A stretch of DNA of 64,000 bases. Origin: the human T2T-CHM13v2.0 reference genome, Homo sapiens. The notes below the pieces were generated by a model. That model was not told the DNA's origin, did no database searches, and worked only from the letters and a program-made list of their open reading frames with translations. This document shows, piece by piece, positions 31,339-46,540 of the stretch. Location: the NCBI RefSeq assembly GCF_009914755.1, contig NC_060935.1. One strand, 5' to 3'. Made by a program: the position numbers and the translations under genes. How positions within the stretch are numbered: position 1 is the first letter of the stretch; every line of letters starts with the position of its first letter.

Positions 31339-31829
31339 TCAGTTCTTCAGTATTAACATTTCAGTCTGATTTGAGTCTCCGGCCCATGCTTGAACTGGCC
31401 AATGTAGTAGTTACATGACATATGCTAATATGGCTTGGGTCTGGGTTATGAGCCTTCCCTAAAGGGGTGTGGGGATAGTCTTTACCAAACCCGTGAATCA
31501 AGAATAAGAGTGGGATGTGTTTCTAAAGCAAACTTGGATCTAGTACTACCAAAAGGTGGGGATGGGGAGTGGAGGTTGGATACAAAAACTAAGGTTGGCC
31601 TCTGCAGGTGACCTTTCCCCAGGGTGCATCTGGCTTGCATTCCTTTCATGCTAAAAAGGAGGCAAGGCTGGCTTCTCAAGCTTCATCCAGACCCCAGGCC
31701 CCCTCATTAAGAAATATTAGTCACAAAGCCTTGGAGAATCAATAACACTGAGGAATTGAGACAGCACATAATTCATCCCCTTGGAAACTTTTCAAAAATA
31801 TTATCTTGCTGATGCAGAGGAGGATTTCT

Positions 31830-32300
31830 TTACCTACTATAAATTAGGGGGAAAAAAAGAAAAAAAAAAGACAGAAGAAAAAATCTGAGCTGCCTGACAA
31901 TTATCCTCAGTGTGCATCACTCACATTGCAATCACACCCACACGCTGTGCCAGCACTCCAGCTACCACAGGCACGCACGCGCCCAGCACCCTCAGCCACC
32001 CTCTCACACACCTACCCCCTCAGAGTCAGCCCACCAGGCTGACAATCACACTGGCAACTTAGCGCCACCAAAGCCTTCTTCTCCCACACACCGCCATTTC
32101 CTAGGTTACCAGCTCCCCAGTGCCGAAGGGGCTACAGAAACAGGAAGGAAATGCCCCACAGACATGCAACAAACCCAGCTGCACAGCAAACATGGTTTTG
32201 GCAGGTGGAGAAAACCTTCTAACAAACCTTCCCAGAGAGTTAGCTGCAGGTGAAGATCCTGCCCCTGGTAATTCCTACCAGTCTCCTTTCCAAAGTATGA
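31830..32300 (-). promoter_or_regulatory. Candidate promoter / first-exon region (host gene not identified)
   Basis: Non-repetitive, locally GC- and CpG-enriched (gcacgcacgcgccc), YY1-like ccgccatttc at 32091-32100, X-box-like atttcctaggttac, CACCC boxes, minus-strand donor and acceptor pair. Confidence 0.4.
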
Positions 32301-32659
32301 GATGCCAGAAGCACTGGCTAGATTTCAGTAACCAGTTTGGGCCCCCTAAGCATGGGCCATGCTTGCCTGTGCCTGAGCTAAAAGACAAACTGAATGCAGG
32401 CATTACTGGGAGAGATGAGCAGCGTATGAGGAGGAGGAGAATGGAGACAGTGCCAGGAATTCCAAAGAGCAGTCCTCCCCCAGGGAGCTGGGTGCCAGGC
32501 TCTGTGGGATGGGCAAGAGACATAAATAGCATTCTCCTGGATCCCTGTGGGGCCAGTAGTGGGTGGGCAGCTGGAACCCTCTGTGACCCAGTTAGAAGAA
32601 AGCTTTCTGGGGCTGGGACCTGGCCATCTGTACAATGAATAGAATAACTGTGAAGGTAT

Positions 32660-33290
32660 TATTTCCCCAACTGTAAAATGATGATAGCAGTATTTAATTT
32701 CTCCCTCAGAGTAGTGTTTTGAGGATTCACTGAAGTAATATATACAGAGTGCATTTGGCAGTGCCTGGCTTAGAGTAAAAGCTCAATAAATATTAGCTAA
32801 TAAGTTGCATGGTAGACAGAAAATAATACATACCTCCATTCAAAACCTAATTCTAGCACTTACTTGCCTAACCCAACCTCTAGCATCTTCTCTGAGCTTC
32901 AATTTCCTCAACTGTCAAATATTTATTCCATGTGGTTTCTATAAAAATGTACCATGCAATCTATGTGAAATTTCCTTAGCTCTATGCCTCGTAACTAATA
33001 TTTCATAGGTAGCTAGTAATGTTGTCATTATCATCAATACTGCCATCAACCTTTGTACTTTTTCTCTAACAAAACATTATTACATTCAGCATCTTTACTT
33101 TCCTTGATACAATCCTATGTAGTATGTAGACATATAGGACAGGTTTTACCTCCATTTTCCATATTAGAAAATTGAGTCCCAGAGAGATTCAATAACTTGT
33201 CCATATCAAACCAATTAGGAAGGGGAAGTTGGGATACATGTGGTTTTTGGAATCCTAAGATGATGTTCAGTATATTTTGCCACTATACCT
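32660..33290. mobile_element. Cluster of three MIR fragments (+,+,-)
   Basis: ctgtaaaatg...gtgcctggc...gctcaataaat; tctctgagcttcaatttcctc; gaaaattgagtcccagagag. Confidence 0.65.
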
Positions 33291-34949
33291 CCAAAGTAGA
33301 ATTGAGGCCACCAAATCCATGACAGTAATGGCAGCTGCTGTTTGTTAAATGTCTACCAGGCTACAGGTCCTGTTCCAGATACTCTCTAGGCTAGAAAAGA
33401 ATAAGCACAGATGGATCCTGGGAAATCCTGTTTCAGCCAACCCTGGTAGGTCCCCTACAATCTGTTTTAGGTGTGCATCTCTCTAAATTTCACTTTTATA
33501 CAAACTGCATGCTTTCTGGCAACATCAAATATCCCTCTAATTCACATATGCACCTTCTTATGTGCTATTCAGAAAAGTTAATTTCTGCATAGCCTTCCAG
33601 AGCTTTTCTCTTGCCTCCTCCGCTCTCCTCCCAGTCTTAAAAAAGACTCTCTCAACCTCACAGCCAGCTGGGTGAGTCATGGGGGAGGAGTCCAGCTTCT
33701 TCATCTCTCCCCCAAAACAAGGACCCATTTTATTTTGACTTTGCTATGCCATGCACCAGTACATTAGCAGAAAAGGGAGGTTATCCTGGGAAGACCACAG
33801 CAGCAGGAACACTGGTCCCTATTCATGCATCCTGCAGGTTCCAAACCTCTCCAAGTTCTAAAGTCTCCATCTCTCTCTCTCAGTAACATTTCACTTAATG
33901 TGTAATTCTAGATTATTTTGCCATTCAAAAGTTCTTCATTCTTCTTGGTAAGAACACTGCTCATTAAGTGGTCTCTTTGGATATTAATGTGGATGTCAAA
34001 ATGTGGGTTTATTTGATGAGTGTCCTAACACATAAGTGATTTCTAAAGCATTTCAAAAGAAAATAAAAAATGGTTGGGAATCAGCTTGTTTTATTAGCTT
34101 AACTGTACTGGCCTGGGAAGAAAAATCTATCCTTAAAGTGTCATACTTGACAAGAAAAGGTAAATTCAGAGAGAGATTTCAAAGGTGCAGAAATGATACT
34201 AAGGGCTGATATTGCTCATCTGACATAGATATAAAATGAGTTATATTTATCAAGGCTTTTATAGAAGGAATGAAAGATGAGTATAGATCCCTACACTAGA
34301 ATCAAGCAGTGAAAGGTTGTTATTTGCTTAAATGCCATGTTTCACACATTGGAAGATTAGTACTCATTTTGAAGGGCATTATCCATTAGTCTCCTACAGA
34401 CAGACTAGTCTCCTCTGGTCTCTGACCAGAGTTTAAGAATGAACCTTTCCAGTGGTCAGAAAAGTGTATGTTTTTAAAAAATGGTTTTGGAACCAACTCT
34501 TTACAATTTCTTTTTTCTATTTGACTCATACCTTGACCTGGAAATCTCAAACTCCCAAGTTAATGATGCCTGTTGGCTTTCCTCATTTGGAATTAATAAT
34601 AACCAGAGGATACTTCTAGCCTCGTAGAGTTACAAGAAGTGAAGATATATGTATGACACATGGTTAGGTGCTTGTGGTTCAAGTGCTACCAGAAACTGGT
34701 CAGGTGACCATGAGCAAACCACTTTCACTCTCTGGGATACAAGGGTCTCATTCATAAGAAAAGGTTATTGACTATAGTAGATTCTGTCAGCTGAAATATC
34801 TAGAGAAATATACAAAGGTAATAAACAGAAGGCTCTTAGGGCAAAATGAGAATCAAGGCTCTGAGAATTAGAAGACAGTCAGTAACTCACTTCAACTGAG
34901 CAGCAACTTTAGTGATTAACTTCATCAATAGATGGAAGTTCCAACTTCA

Positions 34950-35130
34950 CTCATTCCTTTATTTGGTAAATGCTTAGTGGGAATTTGCTGTGTCCCAGGC
35001 ACTGCTCTAAGCATAGGGCAGAATAAGACAAAAGACTCCACCCTTTTAGAGTTTATACTCTTATGCAGGAGACAAACAGGTAAACTTTAAAAATATAATT
35101 TTAGCTAGGAATAAGTGCTATAAGAACAAT
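34950..35130 (-). mobile_element. L2 3' end
   Basis: ttcactcattcc...tgtgtcccaggcactgctctaagc. Confidence 0.7.
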
Positions 35131-38098
35131 AAAGATCTCTATTGACTGCCATATAAAGAAAAAAACTATGAAAAAAGTCACACAATTCAGGCAAGTTCAG
35201 GGTCTTCCTTCTAAATTCTATCGTCTCCATCTATGAAACAGGAATAGATCCCAGATAGAGAAAAATAAGCATGCATGATATAGTTGCTTCATGAGGATCT
35301 AAGAGAATAACATTAAAAAAATAGCAAACAGAAACTTGAACTGTGATAAATAAGCCAAAGAAAAAGCTGGACTTCCTCTAGAGTAGATGCTGATACGGTA
35401 TTCAGCCCTGCATTGAACCAGGTCCCTCAAGGGGAAGACGGTGTTTATCCAATGAGTAGTGCCGGCTGGCTTTCTGCAAGAAGCACATACAAATATCTCC
35501 TAAGGAAGAGCACCCTCAATTTATATTCTCAGGCTTTCACCTATTAAGTTCAACCAAATGTGATCTGTTTGCCTTTGGTTATTCAGTTATAATTTAGTAA
35601 ACACTAAAAAGACAGAATAAGGAAGCAACAAGATACTATCAAAAGTGATCAGGCAGATGTTAAAAAAACTGGTCAGATGGATCTCAATCTCCAATTATTC
35701 AGATGATGAGCTACGTTATTCAGACCAATCCTCTGCTGAAATAATAGATAAAAATTAGGTTGAAATTCTCTTTAAACCATTTTTAAAAATTGAAAATATA
35801 AAAATATTTATAGGACCAAAATCTAAGCCAGTACTTTTCAAATTGTGGTCCATCTATGACTGGAGGACCCTGACACCCACTTGGGAGTATATGAGGTCAA
35901 AACTATTTTCATAAGAATACTGGAATGTCATTTGCCTTTTTCACTGGGCTGACATTTGCACTGGTGGTGCAGAAGAAATTAAGGGGGAGGAGGGCTTAAA
36001 AACTTCAGGTACCCTGGCCCAAGTTAAGATGGTAGCCCAAACTGTATTAGTGGTCAGGGTATTCTACCACAGACTCACAGAGAAAAAGTGGAGGAAGGGA
36101 GTTTCACTTAAGAATATCTCTGAGTAGTAAAAATAATTTTAAAGACATTGGCCACTGAGTACATATCTTTTTAATACCTTGTGGGATGAAATGGGCAGAA
36201 ACAAAGCATTTTCAGTGTAACCAAAAATAGTGTTTTGTCTTGAGGAAAAGCCCATGTGCCTTTTGACCTGTGAGCTCTACTAGCCACGTTTTGTGTGGAT
36301 CTCCATTTTTAATTGAAAGAGCTGACAGAAAAACTTTAGTTATTCATATTTGGGTATTTTCCAATTTTTTTCTTAAAAATGAATAAAGAAAGCCAGACTG
36401 TCCCTTCAAGGAAAACAAGTGACAGTATTTTTTGCCAATGATAAAATTTGAGCTTGGAGCAAAAAATAAGATAAAATTTTGGAAAACTTCTATCTGCCTC
36501 CATGAGCTTGACAGCCGTCCTATACATAGTTTTCTGAGAAAATCAGTAGTGATATTAACAAATGTAATTTTTAAAAATCAATAGGCTCTCTAATTTTGTT
36601 TAGCAGTTTAGGGTTTACAGAGAAATTGAACAGATAGTATAGAGTGTTACCATACATTCCCTCCTCCACTCCCCAGCTTTCTGTATTATTAACATGTTGC
36701 ACTAGTGCATTGCATTTGTTCAATATGAATCAATATTGATACATTGTTATTAAGTAAATTCCACAGTGTTTATTAGGGTTCATTGTTTGGGTGTGCCATT
36801 CTATGTGTTTGGACAAATAGAAAATGTTATGTGTCTGTGCTACATTATCCCACAGAAGAGTTTCAGGGACATAAAAATTCCTGTTTCACCTAATCTCTCT
36901 CTGCCTCTCTCCAAATTCATGATCATTTTATTGTCTGTAGTTTTGCCTTTTCCAGAACATCATATAGAATCATACAGTATGTTGCCTTTTCAGACCGGCA
37001 TCTTTCACTTAGCAATACGCTCTTAAGTTTCCTCTGTGTCTTTGCATGGATTGGTGGCTCATTTCTTCTTATCACTGAATAATATTCCATTACCTAGATG
37101 TACCACAGTTTATCCATTCATCTATGGAATAACATCTTGGGTTGCTTCCAATTTTTTAGCAAATATGAGTAAAGCTGCTATAAAGCAGCTACATTTGTGC
37201 ACAGGTTTTGGTGTTGACATGCTTTCATCTCACTTGGTTAAGTATCTTGAAGCACAACTACTAGCGTGTATGCTAAGACTAAATTTAGCACTTCAAGAAA
37301 CTGCCAAACTCTCCTCCAAAGCAGTTGCACCATTGTGCCTTCCCACTAATACATGAATGTGCATTCCTGTTACTCCACATCCTATCCAGCATGCAGTGAT
37401 GTAAGATTTTTGGATTTAAGTCATTCTAATAGGCATTAGTAGTATCTCTTTGTTGTTATCATTTGCAATCCCCTAATTGTATGTGATGCTGAGCATCTTT
37501 TGATATTTTTATTTGGTGAGGTATCTTCTCAGATCTTTTGCCCATTTTGTAATTGAGGTATTTTATGTGTATTATTATACTATTTAGTTTTAAGAGATCT
37601 TTGTATATTTTTAAAAATCCTCTATCAGTTATATGTTTTGCAAATATTTTCTCCCAGTCTGTAGTTTGTCTTTTCATTCTCTTAACAGTGTCTTTTGCAT
37701 CACAGAAGTTTTAAATTTTAATGAAGTCCAATTTATTAATTTTCTTTCAGGGACCATGTTTTTGGTGTTCTATCTAAAAATTCATTGCCAAACCCAAGGT
37801 CACTAAGAATTTCTTGTTGATTATCTTCTAGAAATTTTATAGTTTTGCATTTATAGATGTATAATCTATTTTGAGTTAATTTTTGTAAAAGATAGAAATA
37901 TAGATCTGAATTCTATATTTTGGATGTGGATGCCCAGTTGTTCCAGTGCCATTTGTGTACACAGATTTCTGAACTTTCTATTCTGTTCCACTGATTTATC
38001 CCTGTATTTTTTTCTCTATCACCACTTCACTAGAACACTGTGACTTTATAATAAGACTTGAAGTCAGTGTCAGTTTTCCAACTTTATTCATTTTCTTT

Positions 38099-40578
<2,480 letters not shown>

Positions 40579-41052
40579 TGAGTCCTTGCATTTTCATATA
40601 AATTATTCCTTTACAATCAGTTTGTCAATATTCACAAAATAACTTTCTAAAATTTTGATTGCAATTGCACTGAATCTCCAGATCAAGTTAGTAAGAATTT
40701 ACATCTTAAAGAATTTTGAGCCTTCCTTCCTGCAAATATGAACTATAACTCAATTTATTTATATATTCCTTGATTTAATCAGTTTTCTGGTTTTCCTCAC
40801 GTAGATCCTACATATATTTTGTTAGATTTCTGCTTAAATATCACTCTCTTTCTCTCTCACTCACTCATATAAATTTCATGACATTGTGTTTTAATTTTAA
40901 ATTCTAGTTTTTAATTTTAGATATATAGAAAACCAATTGACTTTTGTATATTAAGTTTGTATCCTGCAAAACTGCTATAATTGCTTACTAATTCCAGGAG
41001 TTTTCTTATCAATTTGTTGGGGTTTTCTACATAGACAATCATGTGATCTCAA

Positions 41053-41063
41053 ATATATATGTA

Positions 41064-41094
<31 letters not shown>

Positions 41095-41260
41095 TTCATA
41101 TATATACATATATATTTCATATATATACATATATATTCATATATATTTCAAATATACATATATATTTCATATATGTGAAATAAAACTATTTACTAATATG
41201 TGTGTGTATCTATATCTATATGTGTGTATATCTACAGATATATATACATATACACACACT
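41053..41260. repeat. (TG)n/(TA)n/(CATATA)n low-complexity repeat
   Basis: Direct reading. Confidence 0.9.
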
Positions 41261-42330
41261 TTTTCTTTCTTGAGGTAACAGTTTTATTTCTTATTTTCCA
41301 TTTTGTGTACCTTTTCTTGTCTTATGGCCTTAGCTAAGACTTCTAGTATGATGTTGAATGTGAGTGATGGCAGTAACTTGTTTCTGGTTTTAGTGACAAA
41401 GCATCTAGTTTCTCATCATTAAGTATTTAGCGAGTTGAGAAAATTTTACTTCTATTCCTACTTGGCTGAGAGTTTTATCATGCGTATGTACTGGATTTTG
41501 TCAAATACTTTTACGGTATCTGTTGATATGATCATATGATTTTTCTCCTTTAGCCTATTAACGTGACATTAATTGAGTTTTGAATGTTGAACCAGTTTTG
41601 CATACCTGGAATAAAGCCCACTGGTCATGGTATATAATTCTCTTTATACATTGTTGGATTCAATTTCCTAATATGTTGCTGAAAATTTTTATATTTATGT
41701 TCATGATAGGTATTTGTTTATAGTTTTCCTTTTCTGTAATGTCTTTACCTGATTTTTTTATTAGGGTAATGCTGGCCTCATAGAATCTGTGAAAAAAGTG
41801 CTCCCCCTGCTTCTATATCCTGGAGGAGATTGTAGCAAATTGGTATATTTATTTCCAAAATGGTTGGTAGAATTCAGTAAAACCATCTGTGTCTGGCACT
41901 TTTTTTAAAAGAAGGTTATTGAATTTTTTTCCTAATATATATAGGGCTACTGATGTTATAGATGTCTCCTTGCATGAGTTTTGATAGAGTCTATCTTTCA
42001 AGGAATTGGCCTATATCATAGAAGTTATCAAATTTGTGGGCATAGATTTGGTTATAATATTCCATTTTTAAATAATTTTAATGGCCTTGGGATTGCTAGT
42101 AATGGATTCTCCATCATTTCTGATATAAGTAATTTGTGCCTTCTTTTTCTCTTTGTTAACATGGCTAGGGGTTATTAAATCCACTGAACTTTTCAAAGAA
42201 CCAGGTTTGGTTTTGCTTTCAATTTTTTACTTTTTTAAAATTTCATTTATTTCTACTCTAATTGTTATTATTTATTTTCTTCTGCTTGCTTTCAGTTTAT
42301 GTTGCTCTTAACATATTTAAAAAATATTTT

Positions 42331-42674
42331 TGTTATGGGATGACTATTTGTGTGCCCTCAAAATTCATATGTTCATGGTAGTTGGAGAGGAAGCCTTTGA
42401 GAGGCAATTAGGTTATGAAGGTAGGGATTCCATGATGGGATTAGTACTCTTATAAGAAAAGACATGGAGAGTTTGCTTCCTTGCTCTCTGCATTATGTGA
42501 AGATACAACAAGAAGATTACAACCTGCAAAGAAAAAAGGCCTCACCAGACACCAGATTTGCCAGCACCCTAATCTTAGACTTCCTAGCATTGGGAACTGC
42601 AAGAAATATATTTATATTGTTTAAGCCACCCAGTCTATGGTATTCTGTTATAGCAGCTTGAAATGAATAAGACA
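42331..42674 (+). mobile_element. MLT1A-like MaLR LTR
   Basis: tgttatggga...ctcaaaattcatatg...tctatggtattctgttatagcagc...taagaca. Confidence 0.8.
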
Positions 42675-43380
42675 ATTGTATAAACATTTGGAATACCTTC
42701 AAAACCCAATGAATCAATATTTTCCAAATTACTGACACATTAAGTTATAAAATGCATATGTACAAAATGCATTGGTAAAATATGCATTCCAAAAGCAAGA
42801 CAGATTTAATGTAATTGAATGTAAAAATTCACTGATACACTTTAAAATTTCACATTACCATTAACCTTTAAAAAGCTACCACTCTACAAGTTTTGGTGTA
42901 ATATTAAAAGAGAATATCCACTATCATCCAAAAAGGCTATTAAAATATTCCTTTTTCTCTCAGCTATATATTCATGTAATACCAAATTTTCTTCATATAC
43001 TTCAATCAAAACAATAAATCACAGCAAATTGAATGCAAACAAATAAGATAATTTAACCAGCTTCCATTAAACTAGACTTTCAAGAGAACTACAAAAACAT
43101 AATATTAATATCATACTTTTTTAATTTTGGATATTTGTTTTTCATAAAATATGTTATTTTATGAAATGTAAAATGTAGTGTCAGTACTACAAATTAGTGT
43201 TGACATGTGATTAATCTATTTTTGATAAATTAATATATTTTTAACTTGTCAGTTTTAAGTTGTAATATGAAAAGTGAAAATAGATATAATTTTTAAGAAA
43301 AAGGTCTTTGAGGATCCCAATAATTTTAAAGAATATAAAGGAATCCTAGAATAAAAAATTTGAGAACTGATTATTTAAGT

Positions 43381-43565
43381 CAGATGTTGGCAAATATTTC
43401 CCATAAAGAGCTAGATAGTAAATATTTAGGTTTTGTTAGCCAGTGTATGTCAGAATTACTCAACACCATCATTGTAAAAGCAGTTATAATCAATATGTAA
43501 ATAAAGGTACATGCCTGTGCCCTAACAAAACTTCATTTAAATACCTAGTAGTTTGTCCACCATTG
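43381..43565. mobile_element. MER58A-like hAT element
   Basis: cagatgttggcaaa...agatagtaaatatttagg...tagtttgtccaccattg. Confidence 0.75.
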
Positions 43566-44262
43566 ATCAAAGCAAAAGCAGAAATACCAGAGTTTAGCCA
43601 AGAATGGAAAAAGCTTTTTCCCCAAAGGGATTTGCAAAATGGGTGAAACTGATTTCTTTTGACTGCCTAGTGAGCCCTGAACTTCAGAAGTCAATGCCCA
43701 GGGTCCTTGGTAAGGAAGAATTTTAAATGGAGATCCTCTCCCCAAGTAAAACAGGGAAATCAGATTAAAATATATTAAAGATAAGACTAAACCAGAACTA
43801 ACTCTTCCCCCTCCTTAATCCTTGAGATACTTTTATGAAAATGTCTTTGGTGTTGAAGAAAATGGTAGGGTGTAGAGGAATGGATGGAACAGTCCCTGAA
43901 AGAAGTCATAACCACAAGTTGGTTCCCATGAGGATTTGCAGCCCAAACTTACACCTTAGTGATAAAAAACAGCAAAAATAACAACAACAAAAAACCGACA
44001 ACAACAACAAAAAAACGAAGACACATAATTGAGGGTAAAGCCCTGATGGGCTAGTAATATCTTTAAACTCCTTTCAAAGGAAAGAAAATCCAGTAAGGAG
44101 GTTGGGGGGAATAACAAATTGATGAATATGTTATGAATAACAAATTGATGAATATGGCATGAGGTTGTTATTTGTTTCACTCACTCTCTTACCTCTGCTT
44201 GCTTAGGAGATAGCTGCTGGCCAACACCTTGAAGAAACATTGTGACTAATGAAAACTGTACC

Positions 44263-44430
44263 CCCAGTAGTTGTGTGCCAGGCCACCACTGCCAAGTGAG
44301 AGCTGATTCTTTACATCTCTTCCCAACTCAGCATTCAGAGAGCTAATACTGGTTTCGTGAAATTGGTTATGGTGGGAGTATTTATACTACAGAAAGTGGC
44401 AAACACTACAAATTAGAGTTCCCTCCCCAA
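44263..44430. mobile_element. MER63-like DNA transposon
   Basis: gaaattggttatggtgggagtatttatactacagaaagtggcaaacactacaaat. Confidence 0.6.
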
Positions 44431-44761
44431 AGCGTACTATGTCTTTCATCCTAGGGTACAAAATAGTAGCTCTCTCTTTTAATATGAAAGCCAGATACCA
44501 TAGGGCACAAATGGATCTGAATGCTCTGTGAATGGACTAACAAAGACATCTTATGTTCTGCCTTAGATTCATTCAGTTCTCTCCACCTCACTTCATTTCA
44601 CTTAGGTGTGGGCACTTGTTTCTCCTGTCACCATTACCATGACCACTCCTCTCCTTGCCGAATGGCTTGAGTTTGTCACCTAAGCCCTCATTATCCTACT
44701 AATTACCAATAAATTTTAGCTTAAGCACTGTTTTCTCTAAAAGACAGATGAAGAAAAGATC

Positions 44762-44970
44762 CATATATATATACACACATATATATATATACACACACAC
44801 ATATATATATATACACACACACACATATATATATATATACACACACACACACATATAAATACATATGGTTAAGGTAAAGTATATTGCTAATTAGTATACA
44901 TATAATTAGTATATATAATTCATATATATTACATACAATTAGTATATATATATGCACACACACACATACA
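44762..44970. repeat. Compound (TA)n(CA)n microsatellite
   Basis: Four alternating TA/CA blocks at 44762-44856, then TA-rich sequence. Confidence 0.92.
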
Positions 44971-45016
44971 TGTTGAAGATAGAGGCAATAGGATTTAATG
45001 TTGGATTAAAATTGGG

Positions 45017-45385
45017 CTACCATAAAAAAGCATGCAAGCATGTCTTTTGTGGGAACATGGATAGAGTTGGAGGATATTATCCTAGCAAACTTATGCAGTA
45101 ACAGAAAACCAAATACCACACATGTTCTCACCTGTAAGTAGGAACTAAATGATGAGAACTCATACACACAAAAAAGGGAATAACAGACACAAACGTCTAC
45201 TTGAGGGTGGAGGACGGGAGGAGGGAGAGAAGCAGAAAAAAATAATCAATAGGTTCTAAGCTTAATATCTGGGTTATGAAATAAACTGTACAACAAGACA
45301 CAAATTTACCCATCACACAAGTTTACCTATATAACAAACCTGCATATGTACCACAGAACCTAAAATAAAAATTACCAAAAAAAAG
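45017..45385 (+). mobile_element. Old primate L1 3' end (L1PA15/16-like) inserted in an L2
   Basis: cagaaaaccaaatacc...tacttgagggtggagg...aacaaacctgcatatgtacc...cctaaaataaaa. Confidence 0.8.
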
Positions 45386-45948
45386 GTGGGCAATACGGGA
45401 AAAGTAAAAAGCAACTCAAATCTGATTTTGTCCTGAGCAATAGCGGTGCAATTCACTGAGAAAGAAAAGACAAAGTTTAAAAAAGAATAAAGGAGGCGGG
45501 GGGAGCCAAGACGGCAGAATAGGAATAGCTCCGGTCTACAGCACCCAGCATGAGCGATGCAGAAGATGGGTGATTTCTGCATTTCCAACTGAGGTACTGG
45601 GTTCATCTTACTAGGGAGTGCCAGACAGTGGGTGTGGGACAGTGGGTGCAGCGCACCATGCGCGAGCCAAAGCAGGGCAAGGCATTGCCTCATGCGGGAA
45701 GCGCAAGGGGTCAGGGAGTTCCCTTTCCTATTCAAAGAAAGGGGTGACAGACAGCACCTGGAAAATCGGGTCACTCCCACCCTAATACTGCACTTTTCCA
45801 ACGGGCTTAAAAAATGGCACACTAGGAGATTATATCCCGCACCTGGCTCAGAAGGTCCTAAGCCCATGGAGCCTCGCTCATTGCTAGCACAGCAGTCTGA
45901 GATCAAACTGAAAGGCAGCAGCAAGGCTGGGGGAGAGGCACCTGCCAT
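45313..45948 (-). CDS. L1 antisense ORF0 homolog extended into flanking DNA (211 aa, hypothetical)
   Basis: MAGASPPALLLPFSLISDCCASN...IRVGVTRFSR resembles ORF0; frame open to a stop at 45313; no expression evidence. Confidence 0.3.
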   Translation of the reverse strand: MAGASPPALLLPFSLISDCCASNERGSMGLGPSEPGAGYNLLVCHFLSPLEKCSIRVGVTRFSRCCLSPLSLNRKGNSLTPCASRMRQCLALLWLAHGALHPLSHTHCLALPSKMNPVPQLEMQKSPIFCIAHAGCCRPELFLFCRLGSPRLLYSFLNFVFSFSVNCTAIAQDKIRFELLFTFPVLPTFFLVIFILGSVVHMQVCYIGKLV

Positions 45949-46540
45949 TGCCCAGGCTTGATTAGGTAAACAAAGCAGCTGGGAAGCTCGAACTGGGTGG
46001 AGCCCACCACAGCTCAAGGAGGCCTGCCTGCCTCTGTAGGCTCCACCTCTGGGGGCAGGGCACAGACAAACAAAAAGACAGCAGTAACCTCTGCAGACTT
46101 AAATGTCCCTGTCTGACAGCTTTGAAGAGAGCAGTGGTTCTCCAAGCATGCAGCTGGAGATCTAAGAATGGGCAGACTGCCTCCTCAAATGGGTCCCTGA
46201 GCCCCAAGTAGTCTAACTGGGAGGCACCCCCCAGTAGGGGCAGACTGACACCTCACACGGCCGGGTACTCCTCTGAGACACAACTTCAAAAGGAACGATC
46301 AGGCAGCAGCATTTGCGGTTCACCAATATCCGCTGTTCTACAGCCACTGCTGTTCTGCAGCCACTGCTGCTGATACCCAGGAAAACAGGGTCAGCAGTGC
46401 ACATCTAGCAAACTCCAAATGACCTGCAGCTGAGGGTCCTGTCTGTTAGAAGGAAAACTAAAAAACAGAAAGGTCATCCACACCAAAAACCCATCGTATG
46501 TCACCATCATCAAAGACCAAAAGTAGGTAAAACCACAAAG

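Noticed and set aside
31830-32300. Assigning a gene symbol to the promoter-like region
   Set aside because: I could not recognise any coding exon or UTR with confidence; this needs BLAT.
31912-32638. 113-aa and 172-aa plus-strand ORFs as host genes
   Set aside because: GTG starts, low-complexity composition and no recognisable domain; consistent with chance ORFs in GC-richer DNA.
33660-33690. AP-1 site TGAGTCA (another at ~25005)
   Set aside because: Single 7-mers are expected by chance in 64 kb.
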